From the human T2T-CHM13v2.0 reference genome, Homo sapiens, in the NCBI RefSeq assembly GCF_009914755.1, contig NC_060925.1: a DNA stretch of 64,000 nucleotides, one strand, 5' to 3'. The position numbers were made by a program, and so were the translations under genes. Shown piece after piece: positions 1 to 15,887 of this stretch; position 1 is the first letter of the stretch, and every line of letters starts with the position of its first letter. Below the pieces are notes generated by a model. The model ran no database searches, was not told the origin of the DNA, and saw only the letters and a program-made list of their open reading frames with translations.

Positions 1-479
1 TCTCACACTGAGACTTTTAAACGTTTCTGTTATATTAATTGTAAAGTGTCATGAAGTTGGTGTCTCAATGCTTAAAAAAAAAAAAAGATCCACTAAAGCC
101 TTCTTCTTGTCATTTGAAGGTTATTAAAATGTAATACTTCCCTTGTACATTCTTAATACTGATTTCCAGTGAACCCAGGGATTATTTCTCAGAGAGGAAA
201 TTCTGTTGTCACCTAGGCTAATAATTACCAACTGCTCACCAGTAACAACTAGAATCTTCTCAGTAGGTTTTTTTTTTTTTGGCTTTTTTTGTTTTAAATA
301 TATATGGCCAGTTGATTAGTATGAATTATTGTTTTGTACTTGCAAGTCAATACAAGGTAAAATAGATAATTGTTTATGCAGCCAAGTATTCTGTTTTAGT
401 GCACATAAATATGGAGTAGAAATAAAAGTTTCCATATGAAGTAGATTAGTAACTCTAGGGACATTTCTTCCAATTTTCC

Positions 480-2100
480 TCACCCCAGGTATCTACTACC
501 ATGGATTTTATGTTTTAGTCTTTTGCTTTTAAAAGAAAATAGTTTTGTAATTCCTAAACAATGTATTGTTTGTTTTTGAGCTTTGTAAAAATGGTATTCT
601 ATATGTGGTAATTGGCAACTTGCCAATTGAAAAAAAAGTTCAGTATATTTTTGAAGTGTAGCTGTAGTTCATTCATTTGCATTCCTGTCTAGTTAAGATT
701 ATACTACACCTAAGCTTTTGATTATCCTGCTGATGGATTTTTTGTTGTTGTTGTTGTTTTACGAATAGAACGCTTCTATGGGCATTCTCACACATGTCTC
801 CTGATGCCTATGTGTGAGATTCTCTCTACCTGGGTTGCTGGGTCATAATACATGAGTTTTTCAATGTTATAAAATAATGCAAATTGTTTCCCAGAGTGAT
901 CGTGCTAGTTTAGATGCTCAACTAGCAGTGTTAATAGGCCTGTTGATCCACATTGGGTATTGTGAGAATTCTCAAATTTTGATCATTTGGTGGTATAAAA
1001 TTGTATCTTAGTGGTTTTATTTATAAAGGAGAGTATCTTTTCATGTGTTTATTGGTCTTTCATATTTCCTCTCCGCAAAATGTCTCATCATGTTTTCTTT
1101 CCCTTATTGATTTGTAGAATTCTTCATATATTCTTTATACTAATCCTTTGTCAGTTATGTGTTTTCCTTATCTTCCAGTGTGTCCAGTGTATAATTTGTC
1201 TTTTACATTTTTTCTGTGATATCTTTTGAACAAAATGTCTTAATTTTAATGCGATCACATTTGTGGGTACTTTTTCTGTTAGCCCTTTTGAGTCTTATGT
1301 AAGAAGTCTTTCCTTATATTTTCTTTTAAGGATCTTCTGAAGTTTTGCCTTTCTACATTTAAGTTTATCTGGAGTCGATTCATGTGCATTGTCTTTATCT
1401 GCTAGGACAATTTCCTTTCCAACTTATTCTTCTATTTTAGAAATATCTTAGCTATGTTTAGGCCTGTGCTTATCCATGTAAAATTTAGAATCAGGTTGTC
1501 AAGTTCCTCAGTAAGCTGTTTGCATCTCGATTGAAGTTGCATTGAGTTTGTGTATCCATTTGGATTGAATTGACATCTTTATTATTGATTTTTTCTCCAT
1601 GAACATGGTATAATTTATATCTTCTCTGTTTAACTCCAATAATATTTAATAGTTTTCTCCTCATGAGCCTTGCTCTTTTCCTGATGGATTTATTCCTAGA
1701 TACATTTTATTTTTTATTGCTATTATAATTTTTTCTGAATTACACTTTCTAACTCTTTTGTCACTGGTATATAAAAATAAAACTTTTTTTGTGTGTGTTG
1801 ACCTTATAACCACTTGCTTAATTGTTTTATTCTAATAATTTGTCTTTAGCTTCTATTGGGTTTATATGTAGGTAGTCATCATCTGTAATAATGACAGTTT
1901 TGTTTCTCCTTACCAAGCCTTAACTCTTTTACTTTTTTCTCTGTTGATTAGAACAATATACAGAATACATTTAAAAAAATTCCCCTTAAATATTATGCCT
2001 TTATAAAGCTCTGCTAATTTGATAGGTGAGATATGTTTTAAAGTTTATCTCTTTTATAATTATGAAGGCCATTCTTAATTCTGTTGCATAATATTTATTT
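480..2100 (-). mobile_element. Ancient L1M (L1ME-like) 3' end/ORF2 relic
   Basis: T-rich degenerate L1 antisense phrases (ttgctgggtcat, tcttttcatgtgtttattgg, tccatgtaaaatttagaatcag, ttgaattgacatctttat); boundaries approximate. Confidence 0.7.
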
Positions 2101-2799
2101 CTGTAAGCTACCTCACTTTTTTTGTAAAGAGGTATGATACTAACAGTTTCTTTCAGCTTAGTTTTCAACTTCTTTTGCTGTAAGGCCATTTTAAGAAATG
2201 TTTTGGGTACAGGTTTCAGTTAATTAAAATAGCTCTAAAATATCAAATTAGGTAGTATACAGATATTATTCACCTTTTTGGTAAAATTAGCTACCAAATT
2301 AGTTGCTGTTCATACTGTTTGATGCAATAAGTGGTAATCTGGAAAATGGAAACATTTCTATTCATAAAATTCACTGGAGATTTGATTAATACATGTATTT
2401 CCCTAAAAAACAAAGCAAACTGAACCAGTGGTAACTCAAGGAAGCATTGATAGAGGGACTTGGGTTTTGTTTTGTTCTTCATAACTAAATCACTCAATTA
2501 CAGAGTGTGATAAATTTCTCAAGCTTCTGAGATATTTTAGGTCAGTCTTTATATTTTTATATCAATTCTGTGGATCATGCATTTTAAGCTCTTTTGTCTC
2601 TTTCTCTTCAAAACTGTCTAACGCCCTCTGAAACCTTATTTATCATCTGAGAAAGGATTGCATTTAAAAGACTTGGAACAAAGAGTGTTGAATGTATGGG
2701 ACCTTGTTAAAATGTTGTCTTGTAAAATGTGATAGATATGAGTCTTTTAAGTTTTGGGGATAGATAGACCCATGTGTAATTTGTCTGTAAACACTACAG

Positions 2800-3480
2800 A
2801 AGTAGTTCTCAAATGAGTGTGGTACTGTCCCCGTAGGGGTATTTAGTGGACAGGAGGGGATTGTGGGGAATTGGAGGGGATGGGAGACAGTCCCATACAA
2901 CAAAGAATTGCCCAAATCCTGCCTAACTTTTGGATTTCTCACGGGACATTTGTGCTATTAAAAAACCTGATTATAAATACCTGAGCCTAGAACATAACTT
3001 TGTCTTTACACATAAACAGTTTTTTTCATAACTTTATTATATGTAATTTCCCATGAATACAACCACCATGTATATAAATATTTTTTTAGCTTACCGAGAG
3101 TTAGTTCACCAATTCGGAAGGCCCCATCTCTGCCAACGCTGCCTCTCATGATATTCAAGTTGCCCATACAACACATATGTAAATCAGTCTGCTTTTCTAG
3201 CAATCAGAGTGAATCTGTGTACCAATTTGTATATTCTTAGCCTCTTTTTTTCTAAAATATCAAATGTAAATAAAAGTGTTGATAGTAGCTGAAATTTTGA
3301 AATTTGCTTTCAACCATCTTTTCCTAAATGTGAATAGCTATTACTGTGTCTACCCTGTTTCTTCTTACGGAACAATGAAATCACTAAGAGTAAGTGAACA
3401 TTTTACAAGGAAACATGCTGATAAAGTTGGCAGAGATACGTCATTGTCCCTCAGTGTAATTTGTTCTGACCTGTTATACC
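2800..3480. mobile_element. hAT-Charlie relic (MER20B-like)
   Basis: agtagttctcaaa start and gacagtcccatacaacaaagaattgccc motif; right boundary uncertain. Confidence 0.4.
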
Positions 3481-4573
3481 TACTTAGTTAAAATGTCCTC
3501 TTTATCTTAAAACATACAGGTAAATCTGCTGGTGCTACGTTTCCCAACAATGATTTTTATTGCAGTGTCCACCTATAGCTCTATCCTTTCATTTCCTGTA
3601 TGCCTTGTACAGAATGACATCCAATTCTGTTTTTAAAAGTATAAACTTGTTATAAATAAGTACAAATGTCTGATAGCTTTGTTATACATTCTAGTATAGT
3701 AATCCCTGAGCTATTACCTATTAAAAGGCGTGTATTTCCTTTTAACTTCTGCTTTATGTTATAGTTAGAGCTACACACGTGTACACCACCCACCCCACTT
3801 GTAAGTTATATATGTTGTAGATTATATAATTTATGAGTTTTATTTTGGGATGGTAAAGGAGAAGCATTTTAAAATATTTGTTATAGTATTGGGGACATGA
3901 GTGTCTGTTGGGCTTGAAAATCTTCACTTTACAGCACCTCATCCTCACACGTGTCTTTTAAATAGTCTTCTGCCCCTATATTCTCTCTCCCTTCCGCTCT
4001 GTTGTACACAGGAAGCCAAAGCCCTCTCGAAAATACCAGGTATCACTTCCTCCTATTCAGATTCTTAGCCAGGTTGTTACCTAGTATTAACATTGTGGTA
4101 TATATATTGTCTCACCAACTGGAGATATGATGGCAGGGACTACATCTTGAATTTCTTCCTGTCTTTATTATTAATATAGTTCTTTGCATCTAATGTGTAC
4201 TCCAGAAATGTTTGCTGATATTTCTAGTCTACTTTCCCACTCTTATAGAAGAAACTAAATTTGGAGCAAATTCTCCAAGTTTTCTTACTAAATCTTCATA
4301 TTTGTTGTATACAACTGCTCTTTAAATAGTTCTCAGCAGAATCATCTTAATATTTTTCTTGGTAAAATGCCATCTATAGCATCCCCAGGTGTAGAGAAGA
4401 CATACAGAAATGGAAAGACTTTAATACTGGTCTGATTGTAATTACAGTATTAGAATAAGTTGTGGCAGAAGTCTTTTTAAAAAATTGTATAATTGTGGTA
4501 AAAGAAATCTAATTTTTTAAGTTTATCTACAGAGGTTGTGTCAATACCATATTCTTGATTTATTTTCTTGTAA

Positions 4574-4934
<361 letters not shown>

Positions 4935-5428
4935 TAAATACCATACTCTCCCATTCTCACCAAACTAAAACAAAAAAAAAAATCATTCTGGATTTTCTTC
5001 CTTTGTGTCAATTGTGTTCTTTATTTTTTAAACTGGGCATAATAGGAATAGTTTGGGCAGCATCAATAGTAAATCAAATCTGTAGTAGATACCATTTCAC
5101 ATGTGTTTCCGTGCATTATTTTTTTCAAATTCAGTCTCCTTGCATAATACACTTAGAATCTTATGTGCTAAAGATGTCGTTCCCACTCAAGGTAGTGTTA
5201 TCTGCCAGTTGACCTTTATCAATCAGATTTCAAAGTTGGTGTTGGTTATATTGTGTACTCTCCATGTGAGCTTTTATTATGTTGTTTAGTCATCTTTTGA
5301 AAGATAGTGTTGTCTCTATTTAACCCTATCTCTTATTAGAAATTACTTCTACATTGTGACTGTTGTAATAGTTCTTTGATATATTTACCTCACTTTATCA
5401 ATGTTTCTGCTTGTTTTCTCAGATTCTT

Positions 5429-5726
<298 letters not shown>

Positions 5727-5754
5727 TCTCAGATTCTTAAAGATAGAATCACTG

Positions 5755-6056
<302 letters not shown>

Positions 6057-6268
6057 AGAATTACTGAATTAAAAGACGTGGATATTTTTAAGGCCTTTAG
6101 ATGTTACAGTCCTAAATTCTGAGTTAGCAGGTTATGAGAATATCTGTTCCTCTGAGAATTACCTTTCCTCTTCTCCTTTCAAATTATTTTTTTTATCTGA
6201 GGTGTTTACTTTTCAATATTCAATAGTTAATAAGTCACAGCTGTCTAGGATGCAACTCTGATTTTGAT

Positions 6269-6744
6269 TGTTATGATGGATTAAAGATGACCACAGATGC
6301 TTTGACACTCCTCCTTTTGTGTGTGGACTGGGCTGTGACTGCTTTAACCAATATGGGACAGTATGTGTGATGATATGGCAGTTCTAGGCTTAGCCTTTGA
6401 GAGGATGGGCAGCTTCCACCTGCCTTTTGGATCCTGAACTGCCTTCTAGAAGTTCAACTATCCTGAGACCACCATATTTGACAGGACATGAGCAGGCATT
6501 TCTGGTGAGCATTCCTAGCTCTGTCCAGCCTTTCCTCCATCCCCATCAAGGCACCAGGCAGATGAGCCCACCTGGCAGCTGAGTACCACTGTGTGACTTC
6601 AGTCAATACCGTGTGGAGTACACGAATCATCCAGCTGAACCCTTCCCAAATTCTTGACTCTCAAAATCATGAGATAAAAATGGTGGTTGTTTTAAGCCAC
6701 TGAGCTTTGGAGTAGCTTGTTGTGCAGCAGTAGATAACTGGAAC
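6269..6744 (+). mobile_element. MaLR solo LTR (MLT1G/H-like)
   Basis: tg start; typical MLT1 3' end ttgttttaagccactgagctttgg...gcagcagtagataactggaaca. Confidence 0.8.
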
Positions 6745-7132
6745 ACTTACTGAGTCTCTGGGATTATTGAGTTAGAGTGCCTATGCTGCTCTTCCCAAGG
6801 GGAATCAGCCTTTTTTCCTTCCTGGAATGGTTGCTTAGAAGAACCTGTAGACACCCAGAGGAAGTTACACTTTTCTTTGGCTTTAACTAGAGAGCCATGG
6901 GAGAGGAGCCAGAAATATCCCGAGGCTATGCATTTCTGAGTTCTAACTGAAGCCTGGCAGAAATTTCAAACCAAGTTATCACAGGGATCTTGTGTCTGAG
7001 AGAGCAGACTGTCTTCTGGTCAGTATCCTTGTGTGTCTAATGAAGGGAAGACAGGTGCAGGGATCCATCTTCAGGGTGTTCTCCAGGAGAGCCATAAATG
7101 TAACAGTAGGAAAACAAGCTATGTTCATATTC

Positions 7133-7215
7133 TTGGTTTCTGCTTATTTCTCTGATAAAAAATCATTCCTTTCATTGGTTTCTGCTTGTTCATCTGATAA
7201 AAAAATCATTCCTTT
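7133..7215. repeat. Two-copy ~42-bp tandem duplication
   Basis: ttggtttctgctt..tctgataaaaaatcattccttt at 7133 and 7175. Confidence 0.9.
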
Positions 7216-7470
7216 TGTTACCTGTCAAAACATACAGCCCCCTGATTGCAACTCAAGGTGCTCTGCACTGCGTATCCAAGAGTAACCATCACTTCTGCTT
7301 CCCCTGTTTTGTTGCATGTGTTGGCTAGCTACCTATCCATTTTTGTGTTCTCATCCCTTTTTCTTTCTGTTCTGTCTTTCACAATTACCCTACTTTCCAT
7401 TCCTCTTCCCATCTCTCCCAAACTCTGCTAATTGATATTCTGGTCATACTAAAAGGCTAATCTATCTATC

Positions 7471-7781
<311 letters not shown>

Positions 7782-8749
7782 ACTTAACTTTCTTTTTCTT
7801 ACATTTTCATCTCTTTATCCCTCCTGCTCATGTCCCTTCCTCTCCCTCACCTTAAGCACAGCCTGCTTGGGTTTTTGGGTGTGTGTCTTATAATAATATA
7901 TCACTTAGTAAATTATAAGCAGCTTGAGAATAAAGAAGGTTCTATTCAGTCATAATGCTTAAGAGTGTTCATCAAATTATTTGGGTTAAATAAAACCCTT
8001 TATTTCCATTTTCTTCTCCCTTACTGAAAAAAGCTACACTAATGTTCTCTAGGATTGATGTGCATAGAGAATGGGAACTTAAAGAATTATTGTCTTAAGG
8101 GTATGTGGGTTTCCTTATCCAAACACAGGTAAATGAGGGAAGAGATGTAAACAACGATTACTCTGTTCTTCCTAGTGTTGGTTGGAGTTCTCTGTACTTC
8201 TGTTTCCTGTCCAAGGAGGGAGAGATCCGTCATTCTGAATTTATTTGTTTGAATTTATGGGACAAAAATGCTATAAATCAAATCCCTTGTTAGGGTTTTC
8301 CAGTGCGTTAAATGTAAAAACTTGAAAAGTTTGCTGAAAAACTTGGTTTCCGTGTCCATATTTAATAGATCATATTTTCCCCAGATATTTTCGACTATAG
8401 CCATTATAAGAAATATATTTTGTATTGCCACCTAGTCAGTACATATAGCTGAAACAGGTTTATCAAAGCAAGTCTAACCATTATTTCCTGTATCATACTC
8501 TGATATTTTCTATTCACTTCTAATTCTTTTTTAAAAATGCTCATCTGGATCTGTTTTTTGTGTGTGTTTTTTTTTTTTCATTTCAAACTAATGGGTTGTT
8601 TGAAAAGTATTGAGTTACATAATAGTTGCTTGAATGGTAAGGGTCTGATTCTGAGTCTCATCAGCTCTCCTGAGAGAATTGGTGTTCTTAGACTGCATTG
8701 GTGGCTGAATCTGATCAGAACATTTACATTTTGTGAAGATCTTGTATAA

Positions 8750-9073
<324 letters not shown>

Positions 9074-9320
9074 AAAGATAGGTTTTATTATTGGGAAAAA
9101 GTGTTAAGATAGGTGAAATCTATAGTCTTTGCTCAAATGTTGCTTTTTATTTTCTAAGTGTCATCACTAGTGTTTTGCAGAATGTTCTCTCAACAAGCAG
9201 TACTGCCTATTGAGGTGGGTTGATTTGTTGTTCTGAATAGTTCTGCCACCTCCAATTTCATTTTAAAGTCATTGATTTTCAGGTGCATTTGTAAGACTAG
9301 CATCATTAATATCAGCACTT

Positions 9321-9520
9321 AATAGCTAACATTTATTAACTACTATGTGCTATGCATGGTGTTGAGTGCTTTTCTTAGATTAATTTAATCCTCAGCACAA
9401 CCCAGTGCGGATGGAGCACTCTCCCAGTTTACGGAGGAGGAAGCCGAGGCATAGAAGCCACACAGCTATTTGTGAGGATTCAGGCTGTGCACTCTAGGGT
9501 CTGGTTATAGAGGCTATTCT
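9321..9520 (-). mobile_element. MIR
   Basis: aatagctaacatttatt...tttaatcctca...gaggaagccgaggc core. Confidence 0.75.
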
Positions 9521-10122
9521 CTGAATCACACTGTGCTCTGCCTCAGAATAAAATGCCTTCTATACAACGTGGCTGTAACCTTAACTTCTGGGGACTGGTA
9601 TCACTTGTTACTCTTTCCTAAATTTTGGGGTCATTTCCAGTATTCTAATGGCAACGATACTATAACACAGCCCCTAGGATACTGATATTCTGTTATATTG
9701 AGAAGAAACCAGGGGTAAATAAGGTCTTTTGACATTTTAATGAACTGATTGCTTAGGGTTTCAAGATTAACCCACCCCGTATATTGCAAGGTCGCTTCTC
9801 AGCCTGAAGTTTACTTAGGTGAAAAACAGGACATTTTATTTCTTTAGTGTCTACTTTATGCTAGACACAGTTCCTGGCTTGGAGACTACAAAACTCAATG
9901 TGGAGCATTTGGCTTTGATTAAGAGGGAAGCCATTGATTATTCATAGACTTCTAGGACCACAGCCACCTTAGAGCCTTAGGGGCTTTTCCCACTTGACCC
10001 CTTCTTCTACTGAAGAGGAGCAGGCCAGGAAGCCAGTGGTTCCTCATGGTATCAGGATTCCTTGTTCTTGGTGCTCTATTGTGTTGCCTTTTCTTCTGCC
10101 ATCTTATTCCTTTGATTAGTGA

Positions 10123-10470
<348 letters not shown>

Positions 10471-10479
10471 TGAAATGTG

Positions 10480-11048
<569 letters not shown>

Positions 11049-11254
11049 ATGAGCTTAATAAAATTGAGGGTGTAGCTGGGGACACCTTTTGGAAGAGAGA
11101 GATTATAGAGTTACTGTTGGATTAAAAAGTGTCTTGTGTATGGAATAAGAATCAAGTGGCATTTTTATATTTTTATATTTCAGTCCTCTTTCTTTAGTAA
11201 AGATGGAGTAGAACTGGCCCAGTCCCCTCTGCTGCTGCCCAGTGCTGCTGAAAG

Positions 11255-11460
11255 GGCAGTGTGGTGCAGTGGTTAGAGCATGGGCTGTGGAGGCAGATGG
11301 ATCTCAGGCCAGCCGTGCTTCAGCTGCCTGCTGCCATGTGTCAGGCCTCCTTGGATATAAAGTTCCATAATTTCCTCAGGTATTAAAAGTGAGCCATAGT
11401 GTTTCCCTTATGGGATTGTAAGGTTTAAATAGAATGGTGAACATAGAGCAGCCAGTGCAG
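11255..11460 (+). mobile_element. MIR
   Basis: tRNA-derived head gtggtgcagtggttagagcatgggc and degenerate 3' part. Confidence 0.65.
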
Positions 11461-12625
11461 CACCCACCCCATGGTCGATCCACCCTCTGCTTCCTTTTCA
11501 TTTTCTCTGATACTTGACGCTTGCCATATATGGGCTCCTCTTGCTCCCAGTTTCTGTTTCTTCCCTGTATGACCTTACCAAATCTGGTGTGTTTATTATC
11601 CACCAGTCACGTCCCACTGTCTTTCAAGGCCTGACCTGAGCCATCTTCATCCTTGAAGAGTTCTTCCACCCTCCTCCCCCCATCCCCCCATTCACCAATT
11701 CATTGATCTGTCCTGAATTTCTCCAGTAATACCTGTTTGGCACTTAACTAGTCCATGAGGGGGCATAAAGGGACCTCGTAGACCTTGGAAGTCATTTAGT
11801 CGACCACGCTCATTATACAGGTGAGGAAGCTGAGGTCCAGGGAGATAGCAATTGCTTAAGATCAGGTTTCCCATTTCTAGACTAGAGCTTTCTCCACCAC
11901 CCTATGTACTGTTTCTGTTTTTAAGCCTGTAAAACAACAAACACCACAATAAACACCAAAACCTGGAAATAGGAGATTATGTATGCAGACTTGTACTTCA
12001 TGGGACAGAGAGCTGCTTCTGGGTTTGTACTCTGCTCAGAAGGTGTATGCTTTATTTTACTTTAGTTGGTAGGTATACTATATGAGTAATTCTCTTTTCT
12101 TTAAAATTGTAACACATGAATTAATAAACATACATTTACTAAGCATCTCCTGTGTGCAAAGCTTTGAGGACTGTGAGCTTCATAAAAGAGTCTGCGCTTT
12201 CAGGGCCTACTTGGGCTGTTAAAAAGCTGTAAGGATAAGGAAAATGCAATCCGTATTGAGATTCTTGAGCTTTCTAAAGTGTTGTTTCCCCACAAGAACT
12301 AAAAGGAAACAGATTCAGAGAAACACAGATTGGTGTTCTTACCTTGTTCTCTCCTGTACCCTCTCCAAGAAAAGGTATTTAGTAGTGGAAGGTATATTCG
12401 TTTATATTTCAAAGGCACAATGATGTCTGTTTCACAGCTTTCTGGATGTGGTGAGGGACTTTATTTGGTCAGCCCTCATTCCTTACCACTCCCTTTGCTA
12501 TCTTTGATGGGTAAGCAGATTTCATGAGGCAGGCCAGTCTCTCGTTTCACTAGGTTGCCTGACTCTCTGAAAACTTCCTGACTATCCCAAACCATATAGA
12601 AATTTATTTTAAAAGTTTGACAGCT

Positions 12626-12914
12626 GGCCGGGTGCCGTGGCTTACGCCTGTAATCTCCGCATTTTGGGAGCCCGAGGTGGGTGGATTACCTGGGGTCAGG
12701 AGTTTGAGACCAGGTTGGCCAGCATGGTGAAACCCCGTCTCCACTAAAAATACAAAAATTAGCCGGGCATGATGGTGGGCGCCTGTAATCCCAGCTACTC
12801 AGGAGGCTGAGGCAGGAGAATTGCTTGAGCCCGGGGAGGTTACAGTGAGCCAAGATCACACCACTCCACTCCAGCCTGGGTGACAGAGCAAGACTCTGTC
12901 ATACTTTTTTTTTT
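12626..12914 (+). mobile_element. AluSx-like with T10 in place of the A tail
   Basis: Full dimer; upstream TSD aaaagtttgacagct 12611-12625; see findings. Confidence 0.95.
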
Positions 12915-14448
12915 GACAGCTGTCAAACTGTAGCCTAAGCCTGAAGGGTTGGGAAGTTGAAAATATATGTCATATATATCATGCTCATTTAATCTCTATT
13001 GAGATGTTCTTTTTTTCCTTCTTACATAAATATTATGTGCTCTAACTAAACATATTATATATTTTTATGTGCAGTTCAATGCATAAGGAATTGAATCACA
13101 ATTGGAAGTCCTCTTTAGAAGGATTTGCTCTTGTTTGACAGATAATAGCAGACTTCATCTCTTTTTAAAAATAAACCATCAGTTTATGTCATTGAGTATA
13201 TTTGATCCTTCTAAAAAGAGGTTCTCTCTCATATTTATTTTTTGTCTATGATGTAGTTTTCTAAAAGTTCGTCTCTATTGGCTACTTCATTTCTGTTCTA
13301 AATGTAGTAAGTTCTTGGAAGTGTACTTAGAGGCAATTTAAGGATTTTATCTTAAGCCTGCTGACTTGTGTAGTTGAGTGGATGCTAGTTTTTGGTCAGT
13401 TGTTCTATTTCATACCTGTAACATAAGGATATTGAGGGTGACTAAATTTTACAATGCTTTGCATTTTGTACATCTTTATATGTGTCTGCTTCTTGAAATC
13501 ATTGCTTTTTGTGATAAAGACCCGTCTATGGTTATTTCAATTTGCTTGGCAGGTGTATATTTAAGTCTGGTTTTGTTTCTTCTAGACAGTTATTTGATAA
13601 TAGAGATTCATATTGTTTTCTGTCTCCAGCAAATACTCACTGAAATGAAGAATGATGGATTTGGTGATTTGGGAGTCTGGTGTGTGAAAACACATCTTAA
13701 GTTTTTTAGTTCTTATACACGGTTCCCATTTTTCTGTAATGTCTTCTTATGTCTCAATATGTAAATATTTTGTCTTTACTTATACTAATGTTTCTTGTTA
13801 CCCAAATTATCTCCTAAGACTGTTTATGTAGACTTGAAATATTTCTTCTGTCTGTGGGTGTGGGTGTGAGTACCTTCCCAAAAACATCCAGGAATTTTTG
13901 CCCACCTACTTGGTTTCCCTGGAGCATGAAAGAAGGTGATTAATGGGGTAGAAAAAAATTCACAAAAAGCCACCAACAAAAAGCTACCTACATGTTTACA
14001 TGTATTTTAAAGGAAAAGCCTGTCAGCTGCAATCAAAGCAGCAAGGGCTCTTCAAGGAAGGTAATATCTATATGTTGTTCTGTTTTATAACATGTAAAAT
14101 TTTCTCCCCTTGGGAAAAAACGTCTCACAGAAGATTTTCTTGCAAGATGACTATGATATGACAGGCTCTGTTTTTGTTATGCATAGGCAGTTGCTTCTAT
14201 TGTGTTCCCTGCAGCCTAGTGCGTGTGTATTTTCTTAGACTCATCTGGTAGTGAAGTGGCCTCTAGCTCAGGTCTTCACAGGCAGAACATCCATGCTTTG
14301 AGGAGGCTGTATTAGCAAAATAAGAAACCTACTCAGAGATAAGGGAGAAGCTTCATTGTTGATGCTGTTATTAACTCAGGCTCAGCTTCCTGGTTTGAGA
14401 GATGTTCTGAATACATATTGATGGATGGGTTATTAATACATTACATCA

Positions 14449-14667
<219 letters not shown>

Positions 14668-14929
14668 CTAACCCAGATTGTGTGACAGGAGATAATGGAA
14701 ATGATCTGAGTGGCCACCTAATTTCAGTGAAGGAACTAGCCAAGGTAAGTGACTTGCTCAGTGTAAGTCCACAACTAATTTGTGGCCACTCAGGACATTG
14801 AACTGGGTCTCGGAGCAAATTATAAGATAGGTAAAACAGAGGGGACACAAATGTGGAATAGTGAGAGGGTGAGGAGAGTGCAGTTCAGGCTGGGATCGTG
14901 TGTGGCATATTCGTAGGAAACCACAGAAT

Positions 14930-15120
14930 CTGAAGTTAGTTAGGTTTGGATTTCATTTACCACTTATAAACTACGTGCATCAGAGTAAGAAATTTAATTT
15001 CTCTGACTGTAGGTTCCTTGATTATAGAGATGTTGTAAAGATTAAATGAGATGACACGTTGGAAGTGTCTGGCACTGTGTAGGGGACATCACATGTTCCA
15101 TGATGGCAGCTGTTATTGTT
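14930..15120 (+). mobile_element. MIR
   Basis: gttgtaaagattaaatgagatgacacg...tctggcac. Confidence 0.65.
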
Positions 15121-15234
15121 CTGGTACCTGAAGTGGGAAGGGGAGCAAGGAAGGAAACGTGAGGATTGTGATAGTAGGGAGGGCTCTGTTGATTTTGAAA
15201 GGAGAGTCCTTTCAAAGCAAGCCTTTAGAAACCT

Positions 15235-15887
15235 CACATCTGATCATGCCACTCACTGTCTGCTTAGAAATCACCCTTGGCCCCTCATCATGTAGCTAGA
15301 CTTTTAAGTCCTTGTGAATGTGCCTTTCCCACTTGCTCCTTGCAATCCATTTGTGCTGTATCTCTGGCAGTTCCTGGAACATGACATGCATTTTCATTTT
15401 CATCTTAAGTAGTATGGCATGCACCAATAGTTCCAGCTACTCAGGAGGCTGAGGCAGGAGGATTGCTTGAGCCCAGGAGTTCAAGGCCAGCCTGGGCTAC
15501 ATAGCAAGACCCCATCTCAAAAAAGAAAAAAAAAAAAAAAGCAATTACCCCTTTACCCTGTCCCTCTGTCCTGCATTTGCCATCCTTTAAGACTCAATTC
15601 AAACTTTATCTCTACTGTGCAGTCTCTTGGACCAGGCTCTCCTCATGTCTTACTTTCTCTTGCAGTGACTCACTACGCCTATTGTGTTTCCATAGTACCC
15701 TGTACACAATATTACAGTGCTTACTACACTGTGTCCTAACGATTTGTTTACATGTCTGACTCATAATTATCATTACATTCCCTGGGGACAAGAGCTAGAT
15801 CTTAATCATGTTTGTATTCTTAGCACTAAGTTGATGCCAGACACACAGTAGGCACTTATTAGATGCTTATATGACCGAATGAATGGG
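15235..15887 (+). mobile_element. L2 3' end interrupted by a FLAM-like monomer at about 15410-15540
   Basis: tctgatcatgccactc..., L2 tail cagtaggcactt...gaatgaatg; monomer gattgcttgagcccaggagttcaaggccagcctggg with A tail. Confidence 0.75.

Noticed and set aside
11255-11290. tRNA-like A-box sequence
   Set aside because: It is the tRNA-derived head of a MIR; no cloverleaf
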